Notes: a model not told the origin generated them from the sequence alone. Positions 19,061 to 36,579 are shown, counted from the whole stretch's first letter. The stretch: DNA of 60,502 bases, filler included, from Sandaracinaceae bacterium (GCA_947483975.1; 7 parts of 7 records of this genome joined end to end with filler, not necessarily neighbours in it); one strand, 5' to 3'. Made by a program: numbers and translations.

Positions 19061-19806
19061 GGGGCCTCCGGGGGGCGTTGCCAAGCGGGCTCGGGCGCGA
19101 TGTCCGCGGGCTCGCCAGAGACCTCGACTTCGTCGCTCTGATCGAAGCGCGGCGCGTCCACGCAGAGGATCGTCTGCCAGCCGTCGGTCGGGTTGTCGTA
19201 GCGGTGCGCCGCGCCGTGCGGCCAGCGAAAGATCGTCCCAGGCGCGACGGGCTTGCCCTGACAGAGCAGCCCATCACCGAGCACCATCTCGCACTCGTGC
19301 ATCACGCGATGCTCGTGCAGCGGGATGCCGCCACGCGGCGCGACGTTGAGCCGGTAGATCCCCGCGTCGCGCGTCTCGTGCACGATGTCCACGGTGCCGA
19401 ACGCCTTGCGCTCGTGCCGCAGCACCGCCCACGCCGCGTCGCGCTCGATCGTCAGCGACGGCACGCCGCGCCCCCCGAGCGCCCGCGGCTTCGTCAGCGT
19501 CAGGCGCACGCGCTCGATCTGCGCGCGTCGCTCGCCGACCGCAGGCGGCGCGAGCAGCAGCTTCGCGAGCGAGTGCGCCGCGGTCTCGAGCAGCCTGAAG
19601 TGACAAGCCTCGAGCAAGAACGCGATCTGCGAGGTGACCGCCGCGTAGTCCACCGTGTCGCGCAGCCGCTCGTTCACCGCCGCCGCCTCGGTCGCCGCCT
19701 CGAGGGCGACGTCGACCCGCAATTGTTGGGGCGTGTCGCGCTCGCGCCCGTAGGCGCCGACGACGCACTCCACCTCGAGCCCAGCGATCGTGATGAGGTC
19801 GCGCAC
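19057..19806 (-). CDS. folB: Dihydroneopterin aldolase fused to a cupin domain
   Basis: N-half: ITIAGLEVECVVG…ER…Q.LRVDV…TVDY…LLET…LTKP. C-half: IPLHEHRVMHECE…WPHGAAHRYDN cupin motifs. Confidence 0.82.
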   Translation of the reverse strand: MRDLITIAGLEVECVVGAYGRERDTPQQLRVDVALEAATEAAAVNERLRDTVDYAAVTSQIAFLLEACHFRLLETAAHSLAKLLLAPPAVGERRAQIERVRLTLTKPRALGGRGVPSLTIERDAAWAVLRHERKAFGTVDIVHETRDAGIYRLNVAPRGGIPLHEHRVMHECEMVLGDGLLCQGKPVAPGTIFRWPHGAAHRYDNPTDGWQTILCVDAPRFDQSDEVEVSGEPADIAPEPAWQRPPEAP

Positions 19807-19940
19807 GGCGCCCACTGTCGGCCCCCTCACGCGCCGCGTCAACGCGCGCCGACGCTTCCGCGCGCCCCTCGAATCGACGGGCCTCGGCCGCGCTTTGCCG
19901 TTTTCTTGGGATGTGATCCTTGGTGCTCTAGTGTCGGCCG

Positions 19941-20828
19941 ATGCCTACATCAGCCCACGCCCTCGCCTTCGCTCCTGTCCGCGCCTCGCAGACCGCCGCG
20001 ACGCCCATCATCAAGTGGGTCGGGGGCAAAGGACGCCTGCTGAGCCAGCTCGCGCCGCTGCTCCCGCCCGCCGCGGAAGAGCGCCGGCACGTCGAGCCGT
20101 TCATCGGCGGCGGCGCGATGTTCTTCGCGCGGCGCCCCGAGCGCGCGCTGCTCTCCGACGTCAACCCCGAGCTGATCGGCGTCTACAAGGCCGTGCGCGA
20201 CGACGTCGAGGGAGTGATCTCCGAGCTCTCGCGCCTCGCCTCCGCGGGCCACGCGGCAGAGGCGTATTACGGCGTGCGCACTCGCTACAACGCCGAGCGC
20301 CGCGCCCGCGCGAGCAAGACGACGCAGACCTCCCGCGCGGCGATGTTCGTCTATCTCAACAAGACCTGCTTCAACGGCCTGCACCGCGTGAACCGGAGCG
20401 GCGAGTTCAACGTGCCCGCGGGCAAGTACAAGAACCCGCGCATCCTCGACGCCGAGAACCTCCGCGCCGCGAGCGCCGCCCTCGCCAACGCCGACCTGCG
20501 CTGCGCGGGCTTCGAAGAGCTGCTCGGCAGCGCGCGCCCCGGTGACTTCATCTACCTCGATCCGCCGTACGTCCCCGCGTCGACGACGGCCAATTTCACC
20601 GCCTACGCGCAGGACGGCTTCGGCCCCGCGGACCAAGAGCGCTTGCGCGACGTCTACCGCGAGCTCGATCGCCGCGGCTGCCGACTGATGCTCTCGAACA
20701 GCGATGTCCCGGCCGTGCGCGAGCTCTATCGCGAGTGGCGCATCGACGTCGTGATGGCGCCGCGCGCGGTCAGCTGCGACGGCGCAGGGCGGCAGTCCGT
20801 CGCCGAGGTCGTCGTCCGCAACTACTGA
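19941..20828 (+). CDS. dam: Dam-family DNA adenine methyltransferase (orphan)
   Basis: IIKWVGGK, EPFIGGGAMF, YLNKTCFNGLHRVN, IYLDPPY, MLSNSD motifs. Target specificity is not shown by the sequence. Confidence 0.9.
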   Translation: MPTSAHALAFAPVRASQTAATPIIKWVGGKGRLLSQLAPLLPPAAEERRHVEPFIGGGAMFFARRPERALLSDVNPELIGVYKAVRDDVEGVISELSRLASAGHAAEAYYGVRTRYNAERRARASKTTQTSRAAMFVYLNKTCFNGLHRVNRSGEFNVPAGKYKNPRILDAENLRAASAALANADLRCAGFEELLGSARPGDFIYLDPPYVPASTTANFTAYAQDGFGPADQERLRDVYRELDRRGCRLMLSNSDVPAVRELYREWRIDVVMAPRAVSCDGAGRQSVAEVVVRNY

Positions 20829-20862
20829 GTTCGGCGCGCGACGCCGGGCCCTCTGCGTCGAC

Positions 20863-20873
20863 CTCAGCGCGGC

Positions 20874-20881
<8 letters not shown>
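20863..20881. repeat. 10-bp-period duplication (CTCAGCGCG x2) spanning a stop codon
   Basis: Copies at 20863-20871 and 20873-20881; the second contains the minus-strand TGA at 20874-20876. Confidence 0.5.
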
Positions 20882-26057
<5,176 letters not shown>

Positions 26058-26157
26058 NNNNNNNNNNNNNNNNNNNNNNNNNNNNNNNNNNNNNNNNNNN
26101 NTTAATTAATTAANNNNNNNNNNNNNNNNNNNNNNNNNNNNNNNNNNNNNNNNNNNN
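26058..26157. other. Artificial contig-join spacer
   Basis: N-run with TTAATTAATTAA. Confidence 0.98.
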
Positions 26158-26907
26158 CGCGCCCCCCGCGAACCGCGCCGCGCCCGCGACGCCGTCTTGC
26201 AGGAGCGCCCGCGTCCCATGGCGCACCTCGTTGCGGAGCGCGTCGTCGAGCGCGAGGTCGTGCTGCTCGTAGGCGCTCGCGCGGTCGGCGCGCAGGCACG
26301 CCTGCGGGAACGCGGCGAGCTCTTCGGCGAGGGACTCCGCCGCAGCGCGCGCCTGCCCGCGCGGGACCACGCGGTTGGCGAGGCCCATCGCGAGCGCTTC
26401 CTCGGCGTGCACCGCGCGCCCGGTCAAGATCAGGTCGAGCGCGCGCGAGAGCCCGATCAAGCGCGGCAGCCGGATCGTGCCGCCGTCGATCAGCGGGACT
26501 CCCCAGCGCCGACAGAAGACGCCGAGCACGGCGTCCGCCGCGACGACGCGCAGATCGCACCAGAGCGCGAGCTCCAGCCCGCCCGCGACCGCGTGCCCCT
26601 CGATCGCGGCGACCACGGGCTTCGACAGCACGAGCCGGGAGGGACCCATCGGACCGTCGCCGTCTTCGGCGATGCGGTTCGGCGTGCCCGCCGCGATCGC
26701 CTTCAGGTCGGCGCCGGCGCAGAACGTCCCGTGGTCGCCGTAGAGCACCGCGACGCTCGCGCGCTCGTCCGCGTCGAACGCGCGAAACGCCTCCGCGAGC
26801 GCCTCGGCCGTCGCGCGATCGACGGCGTTGCGCACGCCGCCGCGCGTGAGGATCACGGTCGTGACTGGCCCGCGCGTCTCGACGCGGACGGTCGGCGCTG
26901 CGCTCAT
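26158..26907 (-). CDS. Enoyl-CoA hydratase/crotonase (3' end just cut off)
   Basis: FCAGADL, KPVVAAIEGHAVAGGLELALWCD, GVPLIDGGT motifs. Confidence 0.92.
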
Positions 26908-26920
26908 CGCGCGCCTCGTC

Positions 26921-27985
26921 TCATCGGCTGGCGCCCTCGGGCGCAGGGGCCGTCGTGCGCCTCCAGCGCAGGGTCACGCCATCGCGGCGGCTGCCGAGCA
27001 GCAGCTCCGCGCCGTCGTCGTCGAGCGTCGTCGAGCGAAACAGCTCGCCGCCGCGGCGGGTGCCGTTCGTCGTGCAGAGGTCGTACGCGAGGACGCGCCC
27101 ATTCGCGTGCAGAGGGTCGGCGAGGAGCAGCAGATGCACGCGCGAGACGCGCCCGGTCAAGAGCGCGCGCAGCCCTTGGTCGAGGCACTTCTCGGCGCGA
27201 CCGATCAGCACGCCGTTCGCGAGCTCGGCCTCCGAGAGCGCGACCGTCGTGCCGCGTCCGTCGCGCTCGAGCGTGACGCGCGCGCCCACCGGCGGCTGGA
27301 CCTCGGCGCGCTCGATGATCTGCGAGATCATGCTCGAGTCGGGCAGCACCGAGATGTTGGAGGTGCTCCACGCGCGGGAGGTGCGCTTGGGCGGCAGGCT
27401 CGCCGCGTGGACCACGCTCGGCGGCGGTCCCGACGGATCGAGCTGCATGGTGCCCGCGACCTCGAGGTTCCCCTCGTGGATCGGAAACGCCGCGAGCACA
27501 TAGCCCCCGAGCCGCACGCAGAGCGGCCCGGTCGCGACGATCGAGCGCCGCGCGGTGCCGTCGTCGAGCAGGATCGGCAGCGTCGCGCGCAGATCGAGGA
27601 GGCGCAGCGCGACGTCCGCGCGCCCGCGGTCCGCGCGCGGCAGGACGTACGCCGTCGCGAGCAGGTGCCGCAGGGACACCTCCTCGTTGCCAGCGAGCAC
27701 GAGATCCGCGCGGTCGTGCCGCCCGATCACCGCGAACGCGCCGGGCTTGGCGGCGAGATCGAGCCAGCCGCTCTCGTCTGCGCGCCCCCAGGTCAGGCGA
27801 TAGCCCGCGTCGAGCTCGGGCCGCGGCGCCTCGCGCGTGGCGACCTCGACGAGGCGCCGGTAGACGCGCCGCAGCTCCGTCGGCTCGACGTACGGAGGTC
27901 CGTCGAGCCCGCCGATCAACGTCCCGGCGTTCGCGCTGCGACGGGCGACGGGCCCGATGTACGAGCGCGGGTTCGGCGTGTCCAC
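26921..27985 (-). CDS. Protein with two FHA-like domains
   Basis: VIGRHDRADL…VSLRH and LIGR…VSRVH…DLCTTNGT. Confidence 0.72.
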   Translation of the reverse strand: MDTPNPRSYIGPVARRSANAGTLIGGLDGPPYVEPTELRRVYRRLVEVATREAPRPELDAGYRLTWGRADESGWLDLAAKPGAFAVIGRHDRADLVLAGNEEVSLRHLLATAYVLPRADRGRADVALRLLDLRATLPILLDDGTARRSIVATGPLCVRLGGYVLAAFPIHEGNLEVAGTMQLDPSGPPPSVVHAASLPPKRTSRAWSTSNISVLPDSSMISQIIERAEVQPPVGARVTLERDGRGTTVALSEAELANGVLIGRAEKCLDQGLRALLTGRVSRVHLLLLADPLHANGRVLAYDLCTTNGTRRGGELFRSTTLDDDGAELLLGSRRDGVTLRWRRTTAPAPEGASR

Positions 27986-28042
27986 GCACGAGAGCCTAGC
28001 AGTTGCTCTCGCGTCGCGCGGACCCGCGCGGGGCGGACGACC

Positions 28043-28351
28043 TCAGCGTGCGGTGCTGCCCGCGGGCGTCGCGTCGGTCGGCTTGGCCTCGACCTCGAGG
28101 CGCTCGCTGACGGCGCGGAGCACGTCGGCGGTCGTGCGCAGGGTGAGCGCGCTCGCCTCGAGCGCCGAGCGCCCGATGCCGATGCCGTGCCGCGCCCACA
28201 TGAGGCCGATGCGCGCGAAGGCGCCGACGGCCTCGTCGAGGACGTAGTCGGTCTCCGGGCGGACGCCCTTCGTGTGGCGGCCGTCGTCGGTCGTCGTGGC
28301 GCTGTCGATCACGGTCGTCTCGTTCGTGGCGGTCTGATTCGTGGTGGTCAT
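28043..28351 (-). CDS. Small helical hypothetical protein
   Basis: 102 aa with GGAG SD upstream, Thr-rich N-terminus and an amphipathic helical core. Confidence 0.7.
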   Translation of the reverse strand: MTTTNQTATNETTVIDSATTTDDGRHTKGVRPETDYVLDEAVGAFARIGLMWARHGIGIGRSALEASALTLRTTADVLRAVSERLEVEAKPTDATPAGSTAR

Positions 28352-28399
28352 GGGGCTCTCCTGTGGGTGACTGAGAAACGTGGGTGAGCGGAGGGGAAA

Positions 28400-28987
28400 T
28401 CAGGTCGTCGGCGCGCGCCCGGGGAGGCACTCGCGACCAAGAATCACGCGGGGCCCCGCGCCGTCGCGGATGCCGAGGAACGCCTCTTCGCCGGTCGGCA
28501 GCGCGCGCGCGCAGACCGCACAGCTCGCGGGCGTCGCGAGGAGCAGCGCCTGGAACCCGAGGACGCCGTCGAGCGGGGTCTTCGGCTCGGCTGCTTGGGG
28601 CGGCGCCTTCGGCTCCGCCGCGGGGGTGGTCGCCGGGGCACGTCCGTGACTCGGCGTGACACGCTCGCGCAGCCGCTGACGCTCTCCGGCGAGGCGCTCG
28701 GTCCAGCTGTGGAGCTCGCCCTCGGTCCGGCGCGTCACGCGGTCCGCCGCGTCGACGGCGTCCTCGAGGATGGCGCGGACGACGTTCGAGACCGGCACAC
28801 GCAGCGCACCGGCGAGCCGCTTCAGCTCGTCTTCGAGCACGCCCGGCACGCGGGTGTGGAGCACGCGCTCCTTGCGGTCCTTCGCGTCGTCGGCGGTTTC
28901 GCCCGTCGCGGACGCGTCCTTCGCGTCAACCTCGGTCGGCTCTGCGGTCGGCTTCATGTCGTCGTTTTGTGTCACGAGGTGATTCAT
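28400..28987 (-). CDS. Putative ribbon-helix-helix regulator with C-terminal Cys motif (alternative start 28957)
   Basis: RVLHTRVPGVLEDELKRLAGALRVPVSNVVRAILEDAV fits the RHH strand-helix-helix pattern; C-terminal CAVC…C. Confidence 0.6.
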   Translation of the reverse strand: MNHLVTQNDDMKPTAEPTEVDAKDASATGETADDAKDRKERVLHTRVPGVLEDELKRLAGALRVPVSNVVRAILEDAVDAADRVTRRTEGELHSWTERLAGERQRLRERVTPSHGRAPATTPAAEPKAPPQAAEPKTPLDGVLGFQALLLATPASCAVCARALPTGEEAFLGIRDGAGPRVILGRECLPGRAPTT

Positions 28988-29037
28988 GTAACACGGCGTG
29001 TGTCGCGTCAAGATGTTTGTGACACGCCGTGTGTCAC
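28969..29037. promoter_or_regulatory. Phased palindromic operator array GTGACAC-N5-GTGTCAC
   Basis: Perfect site at 29019-29037, imperfect GTAACAC-N5-GTGTCGC at 28988-29006 and half-site GTGTCAC at 28969-28975. Right half-sites start at 28969, 29000 and 29031, exactly 31 bp apart. Confidence 0.65.
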
Positions 29038-29096
29038 GGATTTGTCAGGACCCGTCGTGCTACCGTCTTTGTGGTCTTGCTTACACGGGGAACCTG

Positions 29097-31655
<2,559 letters not shown>

Positions 31656-31732
31656 ACTACATCTATGGGCGCCTGCCGAGAATGCCGCGTGATACGGTCT
31701 GCGCGCTTCGGGCGGTTTCTTCGAGGGGCTTG

Positions 31733-34447
31733 ATGATGCGGACTTTCATGGGCTGGGCGGTCGCGCTCGCGGTGCTCGTCGCTGCGTGCGGCGATGATGG
31801 CGGCGTTCCCCGCGTGGACGCGGGCGTCGACGCATCCCGCGACGACGCGGCCGCGAGCTGCGCGTCGGCGGCCGACTGCGCGAACGCGCTCTACTGCGAC
31901 GGCGTGGAGACCTGCGTACCGGGCGCGGCGGGCGCCGATGCGCGCGGTTGCGTCGTCGGCGCGTCCCCGTGCGCGAGCGGCGAGACCTGCTTCGAGGCGA
32001 CGAACCAGTGCCGCGTCTGCTCGACGGCGGACGCCGATGGGGACGGCGCCTCGGAGTGCGACGGCGACTGCGACGATCACGACTCCGCGCGCTATCCGGG
32101 CAACCCGGAGGTCTGCGACTACGCCGGTCACGACGAGGACTGCGACAGCACGACCTACGGCACCAAGGACGACGACCTCGACGGCTACACGGACGCGCGC
32201 TGCTGCAATGGCACGACGTGCGGGCTCGACTGCGACGACACGCGTGCCGGGACGCACCACGGCGCGCCCGAGGTCTGCAATCGCAGAGACGACGACTGCA
32301 ACGGCCTCGTCGATGACGACGGCGTGCAGGTCGCGGGCTTCGCCGACCTCGACCGCGACCTCTACGGCGACCCGCTGGCGCCCGTGCTCGCCTGCGCGGG
32401 TACGGGACTCTCGAGCAACATGACCGACTGCGACGACAGCTCGCTCAACGCGGGTCGCGCGTCTCCGGCGCTCGAAGAGGTCGTGGGCGACGGCATCGAC
32501 AACGACTGCGACGGCACCATCGATGAGACCGGCGGCGGCGCGCAGGCGTGGTACCGCGACGCCGACGGAGACGGCTTCGGCGTCGCGACCGACACGCGCT
32601 CTTCGGCGACGCCCCAGCCCGGCTATTCGCTGTCAGGCGGGGACTGCGACGACACCGATCGCGCGCGGAGTCCGCTCGCGGTCGAGGTCTGCAACGGGCT
32701 CGACGACGACTGCAACGACCTCGCCGATTTTCCCATCGGGAACAACGACTGGGAGGACGACGATCACGACGGCTTCGTCGACTCCGCGTGCGGCGGCGGC
32801 GCCGACGACTGCGACGACGGCTCGCCCTCGACGTATCCGGGCGCGGCGGAGCGCTGCGACGGGCGCGACAACGACTGCGACGGCGTGATCGACGAGCTCT
32901 GCGGCGCGTCCCCCGTCGACGGGGGCTCGCCGGACGCCGCGATGGACGGGGGCACGATCGACCTCGGCGCCGTCGACGCGTCGGTCGACGCGTCGGTCGA
33001 TGGCGGCGTCCCGGCGCGCGCGATGGCGTACTTGAAGCAGTCGAACACCGGGACGCCGGACCGATTCGGCAACGCCGTGTCGCTCTCGGCGGACGGCACG
33101 CGCCTCGCCGTCGCCGCGTACCAAGAGTCCTCGAGCGCGGTGGGCGTCGGCGGCGACCAGGCGAGCGATGCGGCGATGTTCAGCGGCGCGGTCTACGTGT
33201 TCGTGCGGACCGGCGCGACGTGGACGCAGGAGGCGTACCTCAAGGCCTCGAATACGGACGCGAACGACCTCTTCGGCGGCTCGCTCGCGCTCTCGGCGGA
33301 CGGCACTCGGCTGGCCGTCGGTGCGCCGGGTGAGGCGTCGAACGCGACGGGCGTCGGAGGCGTGCAGGCCGACGATTCCCTCACAAACAGCGGCGCAGTG
33401 TACGTGTTCGCGCGCACCGGCTCTGCGTGGCTCCAAGAGGCGTACGTCAAGGCGTCCAACACGGGCGCGGATGACTTCTTCGGCACCTCGGTGGCGCTCT
33501 CCGCGGATGGCCTGCGCCTCTGCGTCGGCGCGTCCGGCGAGGCCTCCAACGCGACGGGCATCGGCGGCTTGCAGACGAACAACAGCGCTGCCGGCAGCGG
33601 CGCGGCCTACGTCTTCGCCCGCAGCGGGGGCGCGTGGACGCAGCAGGCCTACGTCAAAGCTTCCAACGCCGGCGCGGGCGACCTCTTCGGGGGCGCGCTC
33701 TCCCTCTCGGCCGACGGGACCCGACTCGCCGTCGGCGCGCTCGGCGAGGCGTCGAACGCGCTGGGCATCGGCGGGCTGCAGTCGGACGACAGCGTGTTGG
33801 CGAGCGGTGCTGTGTACTTGTTCGCGTACGCGGGCTCCGCGTGGACGCAGCAGGCGTACGTCAAGGCGTCGAACACCGGCGCAGGCGACGAGTTCGGCGG
33901 GGCGTTGTCTCTCGCGGGCGACGGCGCGAGCCTCGCGGTGGGCGCGCACTTCGAGGACTCGAGCGCGGTCGGCATCGGCGGAGTTCAAGCCGACAACAGA
34001 GTCCGTCAGAGCGGCGCCGTCTACGTGTTCGCCTGGTCGGGGACGAGCTGGGCGCAGAGCGCCTACGTGAAGTCCTCGAACACCGACGCGGGCGACGAGT
34101 TCGGCGGGGCGCTGTCGCTCTCGAGCGATGGGGCGCGCCTGCTCATCGCTGCGCGCTACGAAGACTCGGGCGCGGTCGGCGTCGGCGGCGATCAGCTCGA
34201 CAATCGGACTCGTGACGGCGGCGCCGTGTACGTGTTCACGCGCTCGGCAGGAGCGTGGGCGCAGGACGCGTACCTGAAAGCGTCCAACACCGAGGCGGAT
34301 GACTTCTACGGCTGGTCCGTGGCGGTCTCCGGGGACGGAATGACGTCCGCGGTCGGCGCGTTTGGCGAGGACTCTGCGGCGACGGGGACCAGCGGGAATC
34401 AGGCGGACAACAGCGTCTGGAACAGCGGCGCGGTGTACGTCTACTGA
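31733..34447 (+). CDS. Tandem paralogue: MopE-like repeats plus 7 FG-GAP repeats lipoprotein
   Basis: Same architecture as the preceding gene, with long near-identical N-terminal stretches (e.g. GYTDARCCNGTTCGLDCDDTR); start 31733 or 31736. Confidence 0.85.
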   Translation: MMRTFMGWAVALAVLVAACGDDGGVPRVDAGVDASRDDAAASCASAADCANALYCDGVETCVPGAAGADARGCVVGASPCASGETCFEATNQCRVCSTADADGDGASECDGDCDDHDSARYPGNPEVCDYAGHDEDCDSTTYGTKDDDLDGYTDARCCNGTTCGLDCDDTRAGTHHGAPEVCNRRDDDCNGLVDDDGVQVAGFADLDRDLYGDPLAPVLACAGTGLSSNMTDCDDSSLNAGRASPALEEVVGDGIDNDCDGTIDETGGGAQAWYRDADGDGFGVATDTRSSATPQPGYSLSGGDCDDTDRARSPLAVEVCNGLDDDCNDLADFPIGNNDWEDDDHDGFVDSACGGGADDCDDGSPSTYPGAAERCDGRDNDCDGVIDELCGASPVDGGSPDAAMDGGTIDLGAVDASVDASVDGGVPARAMAYLKQSNTGTPDRFGNAVSLSADGTRLAVAAYQESSSAVGVGGDQASDAAMFSGAVYVFVRTGATWTQEAYLKASNTDANDLFGGSLALSADGTRLAVGAPGEASNATGVGGVQADDSLTNSGAVYVFARTGSAWLQEAYVKASNTGADDFFGTSVALSADGLRLCVGASGEASNATGIGGLQTNNSAAGSGAAYVFARSGGAWTQQAYVKASNAGAGDLFGGALSLSADGTRLAVGALGEASNALGIGGLQSDDSVLASGAVYLFAYAGSAWTQQAYVKASNTGAGDEFGGALSLAGDGASLAVGAHFEDSSAVGIGGVQADNRVRQSGAVYVFAWSGTSWAQSAYVKSSNTDAGDEFGGALSLSSDGARLLIAARYEDSGAVGVGGDQLDNRTRDGGAVYVFTRSAGAWAQDAYLKASNTEADDFYGWSVAVSGDGMTSAVGAFGEDSAATGTSGNQADNSVWNSGAVYVY

Positions 34448-34532
34448 GGCGCGTGGCGTCGCCCGCGTCGCGTCGTGCCGCGCTCGAGGGCAAAGGTTCG
34501 CGCGCGCGTTCCGTGCTACCGTCGCGCCGCCT

Positions 34533-34715
34533 ATGCGGACCCCAGCCTTCGCCCTCTCAGCCTGCCTGCTCACGCTCACCGGTTGCCCCGCGTTCACCGC
34601 GGGCGACGAGCCCACTTTTCAGCCGGAGCCCGCGGCCGACATCCCGCCCGACAACGCTCCTGCGCCCGCCGCGCCCGAGCCTGCCCGGCCGCCGCCGCCC
34701 CCGCCGCGCCCCGTC
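34533..34715 (+). CDS. Lipoprotein N-terminal fragment (3' truncated)
   Basis: MRTPAFALSACLLTLTG-C followed by a Pro-rich linker running into the spacer. Confidence 0.6.
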
Positions 34716-34815
34716 NNNNNNNNNNNNNNNNNNNNNNNNNNNNNNNNNNNNNNNNNNNNTTAATTAATTAANNNNNNNNNNNNNNNNNNNNNNNNNNNNN
34801 NNNNNNNNNNNNNNN
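34716..34815. other. Artificial contig-join spacer
   Basis: N-run with TTAATTAATTAA. Confidence 0.98.
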
Positions 34816-35974
34816 GATGGAGGCCGAGTACCTCATCACCGACATCGGCGCGGGCACAGTCAGCTCGCTGATCGACCTGACGCTGCGCTGCGACCTCGCC
34901 ATCTACGTCACGCTGCCGGAGCCGACGGCGATCGAGAACACCTACCGCTTCATCCGCGGCGCGTTCGCCCGGCGCCTGCGCCTCGACTCGCCGACGCGCG
35001 AGGTGCGCCTCGCGGTGATGAAGGCGCTCGACGCGCTCGGGGGCGCCCCGGCGCCGCTCGATCTGCTCCGCGATCTCGAGTCGCGAGGGGACCCGCTCGC
35101 CGCGTTCGTGAAGCAGCAGATGAAGACGTTCGTCCCGCGCCTCGTGCTCAACCAGACGCGCGTGCGCGGCGACCTCGAGCTCGGCGATCATCTGCGCAGC
35201 GCGGTCTATCGGCGCTTCGGCCTCGAGGTCGATTACCTCGGGCACATCGACTACGACGACACTGTTTGGTCGTGCGTGCGCTCGCTCCGCCCGCTGCTCG
35301 TCGAGAGCCCCGGGACGAAGGCGAGCAAGAGCATCGAGAAGATCGCGCGGCGCATCCTCGCGCTCGAGTCGAAGGGCCGCGCGCTGCCGCTCCGCACCGT
35401 GCCGCCGGGCTCGCATCACGACCTGCTCGAGATCGACCGTGGCGCGACCGACGAGGAGATCCGCCGCGCCTACAAGCGCGCGAAGGAGGTCTTCGCGCCG
35501 GACGCGCTGTGTTGCTACGGCCTCTTCGACAAGGCCGAGATCGCCGCGCTCCGCGTGCGCCTCGACGAGGCGTACGACGTGCTCCTCGACTCTGCGCGTC
35601 GCCGCCCCTACGAGCTCAGCGTGTTCCCGCTCGACGTCGCGCCCGCGCGCGGCGCCGAGGACGAGCACGCGCAGCGTGAGCCGCTGCCCCCGCCGCCGGA
35701 CATCAACCCCGACACCGACTTCAGCGGCAGCGTGCTGCGCGCCGTCCGCGAGTCGCGCGGGCTCGACCTGAAGGACGTGAGCCAGACGACGAAGATCGGC
35801 CTGCCGCACCTGCGCGCGCTCGAGGACGACGACTTCAGCGCGCTGCCGGCGCTCGTCTACGTGCGCGGCTTCGTCGCCGAGGTCGCCAAGCTCCTGCGCC
35901 TCGATCCGCAGCAGGTGAGTCGCACCTACGTGCGCCGCTATCGGCGCTATCTCGAAGAGCGCGCGAGGCGCTGA
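34816..35974 (+). CDS. MinD/FlhG-like ATPase (C-half) fused to a J-like domain and RodZ-type HTH (5' truncated)
   Basis: YLITDIGAG…PEPTAIENTY…LVLNQ…LGHIDYD; HDLLEIDRGATDEEIRRAYKR; GSVLRAVRESRGLDL…LRALEDDDFSALPALVYVRGFV. Confidence 0.75.
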
Positions 35975-35982
35975 GTCCGACG

Positions 35983-36579
35983 ATGCCGACGCTGACCGCC
36001 TCCCTCGTGCTCGCCTCTGCCTCGCCGCGCCGCCGCGCCATCCTCGAGACGCTCGGGCTGCCGTGCTTCGTCGAGGCGAGCGGCGTGCCCGAGGTCCGCG
36101 CGGAGGGCGAGCCCGCCGTCGCCTATGCGCAGCGCCTCGCCGCCGCGAAGGCGACGGATGTCGCGACGCGCTTCGCGGACGGGACCGTCGTGCTCGGCGC
36201 GGACACGGTCGTCGTCGTCGACGGCGACGTGCTCGAGAAGGCGGCGAGCCCGGCGCAGGCGGCGGCGATGATCGCGCGGCTCGCGGGGCGCACGCACGAG
36301 GTCGTGACCGCGATGGCCCTCGTGCGGCGGCCGACGGGCGTCGTCGCCGAGGCGCAGGTGACGACGCGCGTGACGTTCCGCGCGCTCGACGCCGGGATGA
36401 TCGCTCGCTACGTCGCGACCGGCGACGGCGACGGCAAGGCCGGCGCGTACGCGGTGCAGGGCGTCGGCGCGGGGCTCGTGACGCGCATCGAGGGCTCGTA
36501 CCTGAACGTCGTCGGGCTGCCCGCCGCGGAGCTGCTCGACCTGCTCTCGAGCGCGGGCGTGCTCGTCGAGTGGCCATGA
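35983..36579 (+). CDS. maf: Maf-family nucleoside triphosphate pyrophosphatase
   Basis: LVLASASPRR, GADTVV, KAGAYAVQG, GSYLNVVGLP motifs. Confidence 0.93.
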   Translation: MPTLTASLVLASASPRRRAILETLGLPCFVEASGVPEVRAEGEPAVAYAQRLAAAKATDVATRFADGTVVLGADTVVVVDGDVLEKAASPAQAAAMIARLAGRTHEVVTAMALVRRPTGVVAEAQVTTRVTFRALDAGMIARYVATGDGDGKAGAYAVQGVGAGLVTRIEGSYLNVVGLPAAELLDLLSSAGVLVEWP

